A stretch of DNA of 63,882 bases from Okamejei kenojei (lineage: Eukaryota): contig JAVHYY010000154.1 of assembly GCA_035221665.1 (NCBI GenBank), positions 310,119 through 374,000 of the forward strand, written 5' to 3'. Shown piece by piece: positions 38,051 through 50,036 of this stretch; position 1 is the first letter of the stretch, and each line of letters opens with the position of its first letter. The notes beneath the pieces are model-generated. The model saw nothing but the letters and a program-made list of their open reading frames with translations, was not told the origin of the DNA and made no database searches. The position numbers and the translations under genes are program-made.

Positions 38051-38559
38051 CCATGTTGTCTTCCCGCCATAAAAAGTCTTGGATTTTACCTTGTCCATTG
38101 AAGATAAAAATGAATGTATTATCATCAGACATGTTCGTAGAATCGTTGCTTTCGCGCGAGGGCTTAAACGCGCCGTTTCCCAGACCTGTGGAATGTGCAG
38201 TACCTCGAGAGGAGAGGTCGACTTTGTCAAAATCTTCGACTCCGTCCATTCCACAACCAACGCCAATTTCTAAAAAAAACTTGCAACGTATCCCAAAGGA
38301 ACAGGAACATCCAGTAACTGCAATGTGACAACAACAACAATCGTGACGATAAATAACAAGAATCATATCACAAGCCCAAATTTATTTTTGGACTTTTTCA
38401 ATTGCAGTTTGGGGCAGATGTACAAGGAAGTCAATTGTATAGCAAATAGATGGTGTAACAAGTAAACAAGTGCTTTATGGAGGAACTGGCAGAAATAAAT
38501 GAGAAATGGAATGCACGAATGGAAATATAAAGGGACGAGGTACCGATTGGCACCTGGAT

Positions 38560-39310
38560 AGGTGGATGGGTGGATAGAATGGATGAAGGGTATACAGAAA
38601 GACAACGACATAGAGACAAACAGATGGATAGGTAGCAAGATGGGTAGACAACGGAATAGCCATGTAAATGGATGGGCAGACAGGCGGACATATAGCTTGA
38701 AATACTCAGACAGAGAGGTAGGCAGAAAGAGCGGGAGAAAGCGAGGGAGAGAGAGAGAGAGAGAGACAGGCAGAAAGAGAGAGAAAGTGAGAAAGCAAGA
38801 CAGAGAGAAGGACAGAGAGAGGAAGAGAGAAAGAACGAGAGCAAGAGACAAATAAATTAATACATAAGTGGAAAAATAAATGAACACATATATATATAAA
38901 TAAGTTAATAAATAAATAGACACGTCAATAAACAAGCAAGCAAACTCAACAAGCACGTAGATAGGTAAATAAGCAAGCAGGCAAAAAAAAAATCAACGAN
39001 NNNNNNNNNNNNNNNNNNNNNNNNNNNNNNNNNNNNNNNNNNNNNNNNNNNNNNNNNNNNNNNNNNNNNNNNNNNNNNNNNNNNNNNNNNNNNNNNNNNN
39101 NNNNNNNNNNNNNNNNNNNNNNNNNNNNNNNNNNNNNNNNNNNNNNNNNNNNNNNNNNNNNNNNNNNNNNNNNNNNNNNNNNNNNNNNNNNNNNAAAGCA
39201 TCAAAAATAAAGAATAAATAAGGGTGGAAAGAGTTCTTGGAGAGAAGAAAATAAAATAGGACAGAGAGAGGGTCGGGGGAGATATTTCGAATGAGAGAGA
39301 GCGTGACAGG

Positions 39311-39374
<64 letters not shown>

Positions 39375-39376
39375 GA
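38560..39376. repeat. (GA)n / purine-rich low-complexity tract spanning assembly gap 39000-39194
   Basis: Direct inspection. Confidence 0.9.
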
Positions 39377-39669
39377 TTGTGATGTTTGGCCATCTTACTC
39401 ACAGTCCTCCTCCGCTCAGGCTGCCCCGAGAATTGTTCCCATCGATGAAAAATAAACAAGTTATTAGTGTTTAAAAAACCTTGAGATCAGCTGATTGGCC
39501 CTCTCATATGTCAATCACTACGATGAAGGTAACGTCCCTTCCGGAGGGCAGGACTAAGCCCCGGATGCCTGGTTGTGAGTCAGTCGCTCTGCAAGATCGC
39601 GAAGGAGAGGCCACGACTGTCATTCTAAGGTGTGAATCAACTGAACAGTGAGTCTCCGATGTATTTGCA

Positions 39670-41612
39670 ATAAATGTCAGATGAGTTGAACAGATACTTT
39701 GGATCCGTCTTCACTAAGGAGGACACAAACAATATTCCTGATAAAGTAGTGGCCAGAGGATCTGGGGTGACAGAGGAAATGAAGGAAATCCACATTAGGC
39801 AGGAAATTGTGCTGGGTAGATTGATGGGACTGAAGGCTGAGAAATCCCCAGGGCCTGATGGCACGAATCCCTGGGTACTTAAGGGAGTGGCTCTAGAAAT
39901 CGTGGGCGCAATGGTGATAATTTTAGATAGAGAAATGGTTGGCAGACAGGAAACAAAGAGTAGGGATTAACGGGTCCGTTTCAGAATGGCAGGCAGTGAC
40001 TAGTGTGGTACCGCATGGCTCGGTGCTGGTACCGCAGCCATTTACAATATACATCAATGATTTGGATGAAGGTTGTGTGATTAGGCAAATGCATGGCAGA
40101 TGCAGTTTGCTGCGGATGAATGTGAGGTTATCCACTTTGGTAGCAAAACAGGAAGGCAGGTTACTACCTAAATGGTGTAAAGTTGGGAAAAGGGGTAGTA
40201 CAACGCAATCTGGGGGTCCTTGTTATTCAGTCAATGAAAGGAAGCATGCAGGTACAGCAGATACACCCAATACCATGTGCTCTACTGTTAATCACCAGTC
40301 TCCCGTGCGGGACCTTATCAAAGGCTTTCTGAGAGTCTCGATACACGACATCCACTGCCATCCCTTCATCCATTTTACTTGTCACATCCTCAAAAAATTC
40401 CAGAAGATTAGTCAAGCATGATTTTCCTTTCATAAATCCATGCTGACTTGGACTAATCATTTTACTGCTACCTAGATGCCCTATTATTACCTGTTTAATA
40501 ATTTACTCCAGCCTCTTTCCCACCACCGAAGTCAGGCTAAGTGGTCTGTAATTCCCCGTTTTCTCTCTCGCTCCTTCCTTGAAAAGTGGGATAACATTCG
40601 CTATCCTTCAATCTACAGGAACTGATCCTGAATCCATTGAACATTGGAAAATGATCACCAATGCGTCCACTATTTCTAGAGCCACCTCCCTTAGGCCCCT
40701 GGGATGCAGACCATCAGGCCCAGGGGATTTATCATCCTTCAGTCCCATTAGCCTACCCGATACTATTTCTCGCCTATTTCAGTTCCTCTACCCCCTTAGA
40801 TCCTCTGTCCTCCAGTACATCTGGGAGATTGTTTGTGTCTTCCTCAGCGAAGACAGATCCGAAGTACCTGTTCAACTCTGCCATTTCTTTGTTGCCGATA
40901 ATAGTTTCACCCGTGTCTGCCTTCAAGGGACCTACATTTGACTTTGCTACTCTTTTTCCCTTAACATATCTAAAGAAGCTTTTACTGTCCTTCTTTATAT
41001 TCCTGGCCAGCTTCCCTTCGTATCTTTTCAGCCCGTATTGCACGTTTTGTTTCCTTCTGTTGTCCAATGAAGGTTTCCCATTCCTCTGGCTTCCGGCTAC
41101 TCTTTGCTGTGTTATACATGTTTTATTTTAGTTTCATTCTATCCCTAAATTCTCTTGTAAGCCACGGTTGCCTCCTATTCCCCTTAGAATCTTTCTTCCT
41201 TTTTGGAATGAAATGATCCTGCGCCTTCCGGATTATGGACAGAAATTTCTGCCATTGCCGTTCCACCGTCATTCCTGCTAGGATCGCTTTCCAGTCTACT
41301 TTGGCCAGCTCCCCTCTCATGCCTTCATAGTCCCCTTTGTTCAACTGCATCACCTTTTCCCTCTCAAGTTGCAGATTAAAACTAATTATATTATGATCAC
41401 TACCCGCAAGCGGTTTCTTTACCTCGCGTTCTCTTATCATATCTGGTTCATTGGACAACACTAAATCCAGAATTGCCTTTTCTCTTGTCGGCTCCATTAC
41501 AAGCGGCTCCAAGAATGCATCTCGGAGGCATTCTACAAACTCTCTTTCTTGGGGTCCTGTACCAACCTGATTTTCCCAGTCTACCTGCATATTGAAATCC
41601 CCCATCACCATA
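39670..41612. mobile_element. CR1 ORF2 fragments in opposite orientation (+ 39670-40260; - 40265-41612)
   Basis: FGSVFTKEDTNN, KSPGPDG, SQHGFMKGKSC, GDFN, GSDH motifs. Confidence 0.85.
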
Positions 41613-42285
41613 GTTCAAGTGAGTTTATTGTCACGTGTCCCTGATAGGCAATAACATTCTTGCTTTGTTTCAGTACAACAGAACATAGTAGGCATTGACT
41701 ACAAAACATATCAGTGTGTCCATTTACAATTATATAAATTTATACACACATGAATATATAAACGGATCAAGTGCAAATAACAGATAATGGGTTAATAATG
41801 TTCAGAGTTTTGTACGAGCCAGGTTTAATAGCCTGATGGCTGTGGGGAAGTAGCTATTCCTGAACCTGGTCGTTGCAGTCTTCAGGCTCATGTACCTTCT
41901 ACCTGAAGGTAGCAGGGAGATGAGTGTGTGGCCAGGATGGTGTGGGTCTTTGATGATACTGCCAGCCTTTTTGAGGGAGCGACTGCGATAAATCCCCTCG
42001 ATGGAACAAAGATCAGAGCCGATGATGGACTGGGCAGTGCTTACTACTTTGTGTGGTCTTTTCCTCTCCAGGGCACACAAGTTGCCGAGCCAAGCCAAGC
42101 CACGATGTGCTTTCTTGATAATTGCATCAGTGTTCTTGGACCGGGAAATATCTTCAGAGATATGCACGCCCAGGAATTTGAAGCCCTTGACCCTTTCAAC
42201 CATCGACCCGTTGATATAAGCGGGACTGTGGGTCCCCATCCTACTCCTTCCAAAGTCCACAATCAGTTCCTGGGTTTTGCTGGTG
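41613..42285 (-). mobile_element. Rex1/Babar LINE 3' fragment (family of 32050-33160)
   Basis: ORF 41802-42371 near-identical to 32390-32965. Confidence 0.9.
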
Positions 42286-43097
42286 CTGTGGACGGATGTT
42301 GCAATGAGCAAGAATATAAAATAATACAATCTTATCCCCAGGGTTGACATGTCAAAGATTGGAGACCACATCGTGAAGATGAGAAGGACAAATTTTTACG
42401 CAGATATTGTTCGCTGACATTTTAGAGACTTTTTTTAGAGAAATTGACATACAGGGAATGGAGGGTAATGGATCATGTACAGGCAGGTGAATTTAGATTA
42501 CACCGATAATATGCCGTATAATAGTAAGATTAAACAAGAACTTACCAGTTCGAAGTTTGATCGTTATTTTATGAGGAGTTACGATGAGGGATTACGTGAA
42601 GAACCCGCCTCACGCTGGCAATGGCATACTTCAAAGCAGCGGCATGAAAAACACAGAACACCAAAAGCCGGAGTAACATAGTAAGGCTCATAAAAGACTT
42701 AGAACTACCATTTGATCATTTATTTTATGAGGGTGGGAGCGGAGGGCACGTAATCCCTCATCGTAACTCCTCATAAAATAACGATCAAACTTCGAACTGG
42801 TGAAGTTCTTGTTTAATCTTACTATTTTACTTCGGAGTCACGTGAGTGACTACGTGAAGATTTTAAAGCTTTCTGTGTTTTTTATGTCGTAGAATCAATC
42901 CGTACGACAGTCCAGGCTAAGTAAACACATACATGAGAAACCAGACTAATGTTAGATCATTTCACAATTAACTTTTTAATGGTTTAAAGACCATATAATA
43001 ACCCTCCTTATATCTGAGGGAAAATGATTACAAGTGATAAAAGATAGAAGTGACTACACCATTGATTATAGCAATTAATAGTAAACAAAGCAGGTGA

Positions 43098-44042
43098 TTA
43101 TAGTGCTCCCAACACCGCGTGTCCAAAGCTTGTCATAGTGTGAACAGGTTTATTGTAGAACTTTGAAAAAGTTTCTTCTTTACTCCACCCTGCGACTTTT
43201 AAAATATGCTCGAGAGGTACGTCCCGCCCCTTCGCCGCGGACGTAGCGCCCGCCCTGGTGGAGTGAGATTTGAACACATCAGTGTCTACTCCCGCTAAAA
43301 CCAACACCTGTTTCAACCATTTTGAGATAGTTTGAACTGAAGCTTTTGTGTGTGGATTTTTGTGCGTAACCATTAACGCTTTTTCATTTCCTCGAAGGGT
43401 GTCAGTAACTTTAATATATTCGTTCAAATGTTTAACCACACACAAAGTAGGATCAATATGATAAGCTTGAAAGGTTACCTTTGTTCCAGATCTCCCTGGT
43501 CTGCTTTGTTTGATCAACTCGTAAACATAGAACACAACATTATCTGTAGTCACATGCATACAGTCTAAACGCAACATTTGTAAAGTTTGCACTCTTTGAG
43601 CTGAGACCAGTGACATTAACATGACTAATTTCAATGTCAATCTTTCCAATGTCAACCCTTCAATTGGAGTCCATTGTCTAAGTAGCGTAAGTACAATGCT
43701 CACATCCCAAATCTCTGTGTATCTCGGTGTGGGTGGATTAATATTAAAGATTCCTTTCATGAATCTAGATATTAATGGATGCGACCCAATTGATCTGTGA
43801 TCCGTCATAAGTCCTAAATAGGACGACAAGGCACTGCGTGCAGTGTTAATGGCACTGTAACTTAAATGTTGCTGAAAATGCAAATTGGTAAGGAATTCCA
43901 AAACATTTGCAATATTTACAGTATCATAAGAAATATTTGACTGTGTGCAAAAGTCTTCCCATTTCTTAATATGTGTCATATATTGTTTTTGTGTGCTATT
44001 GCGCCATGATGCAACCATAACTTCCATAGTTTGGTCCGACAA
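43098..44042 (-). CDS. DIRS1 tyrosine recombinase
   Basis: 314-aa ORF with a SAM-like N-domain and catalytic motifs SAQR, IKQSRP, HSTR, AGW and FYNK. Confidence 0.92.
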   Translation of the reverse strand: MSDQTMEVMVASWRNSTQKQYMTHIKKWEDFCTQSNISYDTVNIANVLEFLTNLHFQQHLSYSAINTARSALSSYLGLMTDHRSIGSHPLISRFMKGIFNINPPTPRYTEIWDVSIVLTLLRQWTPIEGLTLERLTLKLVMLMSLVSAQRVQTLQMLRLDCMHVTTDNVVFYVYELIKQSRPGRSGTKVTFQAYHIDPTLCVVKHLNEYIKVTDTLRGNEKALMVTHKNPHTKASVQTISKWLKQVLVLAGVDTDVFKSHSTRAGATSAAKGRDVPLEHILKVAGWSKEETFSKFYNKPVHTMTSFGHAVLGAL

Positions 44043-44065
44043 TCCCAGCTCCTGTAGTGGTCAGG

Positions 44066-45959
44066 TCAAAACCTGCAGATTAACAAATTCATATATGCAT
44101 ACAATGGGTAAATCTCTTTAGTTACCGGATTAGTCAAGATATCACTACAGTTAGGAATCGACATATATGGTTCTTTAATCATATTCAGCATTACTGGGAA
44201 CCAAGGTTGAGTTGGCCAATTTGGAACTACCAACAATCCAGAAGCAGAATCTTGTTCTATCTTCTTCAGGCATCTCTGAATCAAAGCAAATGGTGGAAAA
44301 GCATAAAAGAACATCTTTCCCCAGTGTAATGAAAAAGCATCTACTGCTACTGCATCTGGATCGTGTTCCCAAGACACATAAGTAGGCAACTGATGATTAA
44401 GCCTAGATGCAAACAAATCTATTTCTGGCAACCCAAATTGGTTTACAATATTCTTAAATATTGCTGGCTTAAGCATCCATTCCGTATTATCTTTAAAAAT
44501 CCTGGACCTTTCATCTGCTACCACATTGTCCTTACCCGGAATGTAGCTTGCTGAAATCCATATTTGGCGACCAATACACTATTGCCATATCTCATTGGCC
44601 AGACAATCACATGATACTGACCTAACTCCCCCATGTGATTAATGTATGCAACAGCCGTTTTATTGTCTAACTGTATTAACACATGTAGACCTTGTTTAGC
44701 ACAACAATATGCTTTAAGTCCATAAAAAGCACCCAATAACTCCAAATAGTTAATACCATAAACTTGAAGAAACGCTTCTTCTTGAGCTTTCCATCTACCT
44801 CCACAACTGGAGGACGAATCTGTAGCCCCCCCCATCCGAGAGCACTAGCATCCGTTTGTAAAACCATTTCAGGTTGTTTAATCGTGATATTCTTAGCAGC
44901 TTGTGGGACATTTTCAACCCACCATTGTAATTCCAACACGGCTTCTTTTGTTAATTGCATAGGCCTGTCAAAGTGACCTGCCTTCTCTTTAAGAGCCCTT
45001 ATTTTGTCCCTTTGAAGATTTTGATAATGTAATGGACCAAATTCCACTGCCGGAAATGCTGCTACCAGTTTCCCAATGGTTTTCGCCACTTCTCGGATGG
45101 AGGGATAAGGTTTGTGAATGAGGTAATTACAAGTCATCAAGATGTCATTGGCCTTCTCTGTTGGCAAAGTAACTAACATAGTCACTGAGTTAATTACAAA
45201 CCCCAAAAAGTTAATTGATTGTGCTGGCTGCAGCTGGGACTTAATTGGATGAATCAAAAACCCTAGCTTTTCAAACAAAGCTTTAGTAACTGAAACTGAG
45301 TGCTCAGCTGACTCTTGAGTATCACTAATGATCAGAATATCATCCAGATAAGCCATAACAATGTGTTTCTGTGCTCTTAATTGGGCTAAAACTGGTTTCA
45401 ACAGTTTTGTAAAGAGTCTAGGAGCCGAACTCAATCCATTTGGTAAAGCTTTAAACTGCCATAATTGTCCCAGCCAATTAAATTTTAAATACCTCCTGAA
45501 GCATTGATGAATTGCTACAGAATAATAGGCATCCTTCAAATCAATCTTAGCCATATAACACCCTGCTGAGATAAGATATTTTGCAGTACTGAATGTCTCC
45601 ATCTTAAAATGTTTGTATTCTACAAACTTATTCAGATCTGTAAGGTCCAGAATAATTCTGCAACCACCATCTTTTTTATCTCTTCGAAATATATTAGAGA
45701 CAAATTGATGCTTATGTTCATAAGTCTTTTCAATTACGCCTTTTCCAGATAATTTGTCAATTTCCACATTAATCTCCATTCTTTCCTCTGCAGAAAACAC
45801 ATAAGCATAAGCAGGTCTATTCTGTACAGGAGGATTAACCCCTTCTTTAAAAATAATAATGGCTCCCGAAACTGCTTGTAATACATATCGATCAGAAGTA
45901 ATGTTAAGCCAGGCATTATAAAATTTTTGCAATCTCCCTCCAACTGGAGAGTCATCCAC
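44066..45959 (-). pseudogene. DIRS1 pol (RT, RNase H, DNA adenine methyltransferase-like domain), frameshifted as assembled
   Basis: RIILDL, DLKDAY, LPNGLSSAP, YLDD; TDAS, INYLEL, QLDN; DLFAS...YAFPPF. Split across three ORFs. Confidence 0.88.
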
Positions 45960-45974
45960 AGTTTCTTTAAGTCT

Positions 45975-47088
45975 TTAATACCTCTCCGTATGAGCGTGGT
46001 GGTCTCCTTCTTCCCGAATACAGGGAAGCACTTGCCTGCACAGCACGATAGTATTTTCGTGACAAACTTCTGCTTCTATAACGGAAATCGAAACCCCTTC
46101 GGGTCGAAAAACCCCTTCTTTGTCCAAAACAAAAGGTTTAACATTGCTAAAAATATTTAGCTTCTTCATCCAACTCTTTCAGCTGTTTCGGCAGATTTTC
46201 TCCAAACAAATACCCAGGAGCTTGAACTCCACTTTCTTGACACAGGCTTGCAAATCTAGGGTGAAATATGGGCCGAATCGCCATTTTCCTCATGCAATTA
46301 ATTTCATAGAATGAATTACATAATAAGCCCAAAGTATCCTTTTGAATCTTTTCCATTTCCAGATTCTCCATTTGCCTGCCATAGGCCGTAATGGCAGCAG
46401 AAATTAATTTGAGCACCTTTTGAAACTTCACTTCTAGGGCTCTCATACTTGGAGTCATAGACGTCCATATCATCGGATTCACCGTAGGTACTTCCAATGA
46501 GGCACAATTTCTTGGAGCTTTATATAATTCTGATGTTTCATTCATCACAGAATTGTGAAGTTGGTGAGATACCATATAATTTATGTTTGCAGCTAGGATT
46601 TCTTCCATAGCCTCACCACTTCCTTCAGGTATAGCAAAATCTTGTGCTATCCCAGGAACATTAGGCCTTTTCTTTTTACTTTGTGGTGTGCTCTCAAAAG
46701 CCATATAGCCACCAGCAGGGTCTGCCTTCTGCAGCCCTAAATCAATTGGGATATCATCCCATGAGACTTCTTCCAGCCCAAATCCTGGGTCCGGAGTATC
46801 ATATTCCCAACTTGGCCCACAGCCATATTCATCATATTCAAACCCCTCAGGGATTTTTTGGGATTCATCTGGGTACCCTGACCCTTGTCTCATTATTGTT
46901 TGGAGAACTTTCTCCATATGCTCCATTTTTAGCCACATAGTTTTATTGTCTGGAGGTCTTTCAATATCAGAGTCATCAGAAACCACGGGCCTCTCAGATT
47001 TCTTTTTGCATTTTTTAGGAACATTTTCCTCCGTGGTTATTATTTCTGGAGAATCTGGAAACTCACTATCGGGTAAATCGGCGGCCAA
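45975..47088 (-). CDS. DIRS1 gag-like ORF1 (probable frameshift near 46150)
   Basis: 313-aa ORF directly upstream of pol inside the ITRs; PxN..VPTVNP.IW and LFGENL motifs typical of DIRS gag. Confidence 0.7.
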
Positions 47089-47609
47089 CGGTATCGGAAC
47101 CGGGTCCGCACTAACTTCGCGTCCCGTATTTTTACTTTCACCCCGGGAACATCTTTTTACCCGCGAAAACTTCTTTCCCGATTTCTCAATTTTTCTTTAA
47201 TAATCAGTGCTCAATCAGCACGTTAACGTGGCTCTAAATTTTACTTTTGGTTTCGTTTGCTGGAGCCACCCAGCGTAACCTAAAAAACGCCCCGGTCTAA
47301 CTGCACTTACCTGCGGGCCGTTCCGACCGCTGCCGAGGAGCTGCTCCTTACTGCAGCTCCTCCTCGCGCCGTCAGCGTTGACGTCATGCCGTTGCCAGCG
47401 TGAGGCGGGTTCTTCACGTAGTCACTCACGTGACTCCGAAGTAAAATAAGATGAAATTACAATATATGTTGTTTCAAACATTTATTTTTCACCGACTGAT
47501 TACATATCAATAAAAGCAATCTTTAAAGCCCCTTATTTATATCGCAATTCTGTGACCAAATGTGTTGCTTCCCGACAGGACGACGGAGAAAGAACACATT
47601 ACAGTGCAT

Positions 47610-47698
47610 ATGGTAGACAAAAGTGCTGGAGAAACACGGCAGGATCTATGGAGCGAAGGAAATAGGCAACGTTTCTGGCCGAAACGCTTCTTCAGACG
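47610..47698 (-). mobile_element. Short Penelope-derived terminal fragment with a hammerhead-like motif
   Basis: Orthologous to 59025-59118 (shared by GPCR copies 3 and 4, absent at copy 1). Confidence 0.6.
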
Positions 47699-48102
47699 AC
47701 ACATTTCGTAAAATACCAAGGACCGGTGCACCATAAAGGGGTTATCTTTAGCAAATTAGGATTAGACGTGTAAAAACACACCATCTCTATTTCAATAAGG
47801 GTGTTGGTAATTCTCATGTCGACCCGCGGTCAATATCTAACCAATGTTATTATGTCCTAATGATATTGTCCTTGCGATGTATTTTCTGACATTGGGAATT
47901 TGCTCCGCTCAACTTCAGTTTTGCTTATTTTACACTGGAATCCTTTCAACTACTTGATTCTTGTAATCGTCAGCAAGCATTTTCACAGTTCACCAAGAGA
48001 CAACATTAACGTTATGGGCGAGAATATAAATTATTAGCGTAGACATGATTCCAATGCGACTAACCATTCCGCGTTACTATAAGAAAGTGAGGCAGAATGC
48101 TC

Positions 48103-49715
48103 CTATGATCGCTCACTGATACATTTGCTCATTACATTGACAGGGTACTTGACCGCAATCTTCAACTGCTGCCTAAATTTAGTCTGCGTCCCCGCATAGA
48201 TACACGAGTTGGTACAGGAACTGAGGAGATCCAACATGATTCCGCTTTCCTGCAGAATAAACTTTGGATCATACGAATTAGTGTTGGTGGCGTAGTTCTT
48301 GCTTCGAATTTGGACGAAAAGGAAATTTACAATGTAGGTCAGCCTCAACAGGAGAAATGTACCCGAGATCGCCATGAGTAAAATGATAGACCGCCTCCTG
48401 CTCTCCATCTCTGGGTCAGTTTGTTTATCGCCCTGGTTTTGGGCGCGGAGCCTCCTGCGGGCTGTGCTGGCTGCAAGGATATGTTTGATAGTGAAGGCAT
48501 TTAGCAGGAAGATCAGAGCGAACGGGAGACATGGGTTTAAAATGCGGTGCAGCCAATCATAGCATTTCCACGCAACGGAAGTATAAAATAGCTCCTTTAT
48601 GATGCAGTACCAAGGAACGTTATCCGTGATGTAGAGGGGCTCATATACAAAATATAGAGGGACGTTTTTCAAAATGCCGAGTAGGCAGACGGTTCCAATG
48701 ACGACCGCCGCGCATTTCTCTGTACAATAAATTAGCTTCACTTTCTGGAAACAAATGGCGATGAACCGATCGAAGGTGAACGCGACCGTGAACCAGACGG
48801 AAGTGTCTTTGGAAGCCCAGCTGAGCAGAATAATGAGACTGCACGCCGGGGTGGTGGACAGGAAACTGGAGTTGAAGTAAATGACCCGAAGTCGGCTTAA
48901 GATAACGGCAGTGACAATGACCAGGAGATCCGCCGCCGCCATAAACACCAGGTAGCGAGTGATGCATTTGGAGAGGCCGCATCTTCCTTGCGAAAGAATT
49001 ACAATCGTCACTAGGTTANNNNNNNNNNNNNNNNNNNNNNNNNNNNNNNNNNNNNNNNNNNNNNNNNNNNNNNNNNNNNNNNNNNNNNNNNNNNNNNNNN
49101 NNNNNNNNNNNNNNNNNNNNNNNNNNNNNNNNNNNNNNNNNNNNNNNNNNNNNNNNAAAGATTGTTAGAGAGAACAGTAGTGATTACGCACCCAGTTACA
49201 ATATCGGGAGACAGGCGTGAAATTAGTTTATCTGATTAAAACCGCTCGCTTTATCCTTTAAAATCACCGCCCCACGAACACGCGAGTGGCTGAGATTACA
49301 ATTAAATAATATATCCCTTGTTCATGTCAATAGTTATGGTTTATATGAGATCTCATGTGTCACTGAACACATCAAACGAACAAATTATATGGAGTGGATG
49401 CATTAGACATCAAAGCATGCAATTCGAATTACACACAATGAAAGGTTCACTGTTTACCCTGCGTGTGTCTTAGAAACATACAAACATAGAAAATAGGTGC
49501 AGGATTAGGGCATTCGGCCTTTCGAGCCTGCACTGAGTACCCCTATAATTGGTAGAGAAACGTTCGCCAAATAACTAAAAACGAGAAAGTCACCCAGATA
49601 TGATACCATCAATCTCTTGTTGCCCCAAGTTCAGTCACATTTTACCTGGGACACCGAAAGTAGCAAGAGTTGAATAATACACGGCGAAGACAGGTCCATT
49701 TCCAGGCGCATGCAT
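48103..49715 (-). CDS. GPR139/GPR142-like GPCR, copy 3 (exon 1 49715-49646, exon 2 about 49019-48103), apparently intact
   Basis: Exon 1 MHAPGNGPVFAVYYSTLATFGVP|GTAAAA; open exon 2 (ORF 48103-49011) with DRF and NSCIY. The splice acceptor falls in N gap 49019-49156. Confidence 0.87.
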
Positions 49716-50036
49716 TTTACTGGAGAACAATCAAATGGCGAGTTGCAATCTCTAGTAGAGGCATCGCTGTCCTTATATTTCGTCCAGATAGGAATCTCGA
49801 GAGCAATAACATCATAATAAACGTTAGTTACAGCTACTTGAACAAACAAATTATGGCAGTCATCTGTACACGTTTGTGACTTAAATAGAGGTGAATACAT
49901 ACAGGTTTATGATGGAATAGTGCGAATCTAAGTTATCTGACAGCAGGTAGCTGCGGATATTTCCAAGAGCGAAGTTAGATAGAGCAAAACTTGTGAGATT
50001 AAAAAGAAAGCGAGAGTACGGACACAATGTTGACCG

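Larger units (their letters stand above)
42520..47448 (-). mobile_element. Structurally complete DIRS1-type tyrosine-recombinase retrotransposon
   Basis: gag, RT-RNaseH, methyltransferase-like and YR ORFs; ITRs 47386-47420 and 42593-42627; ICR 42747-42860 complementary to both termini; AATA core at both ends. Confidence 0.95.

Noticed and set aside
38363-39459. Long hydrophobic ORFs (197 aa, 184 aa) and their antisense R/E-rich ORFs
   Set aside because: Translations of (CT)n/(GA)n low-complexity sequence and an N gap.
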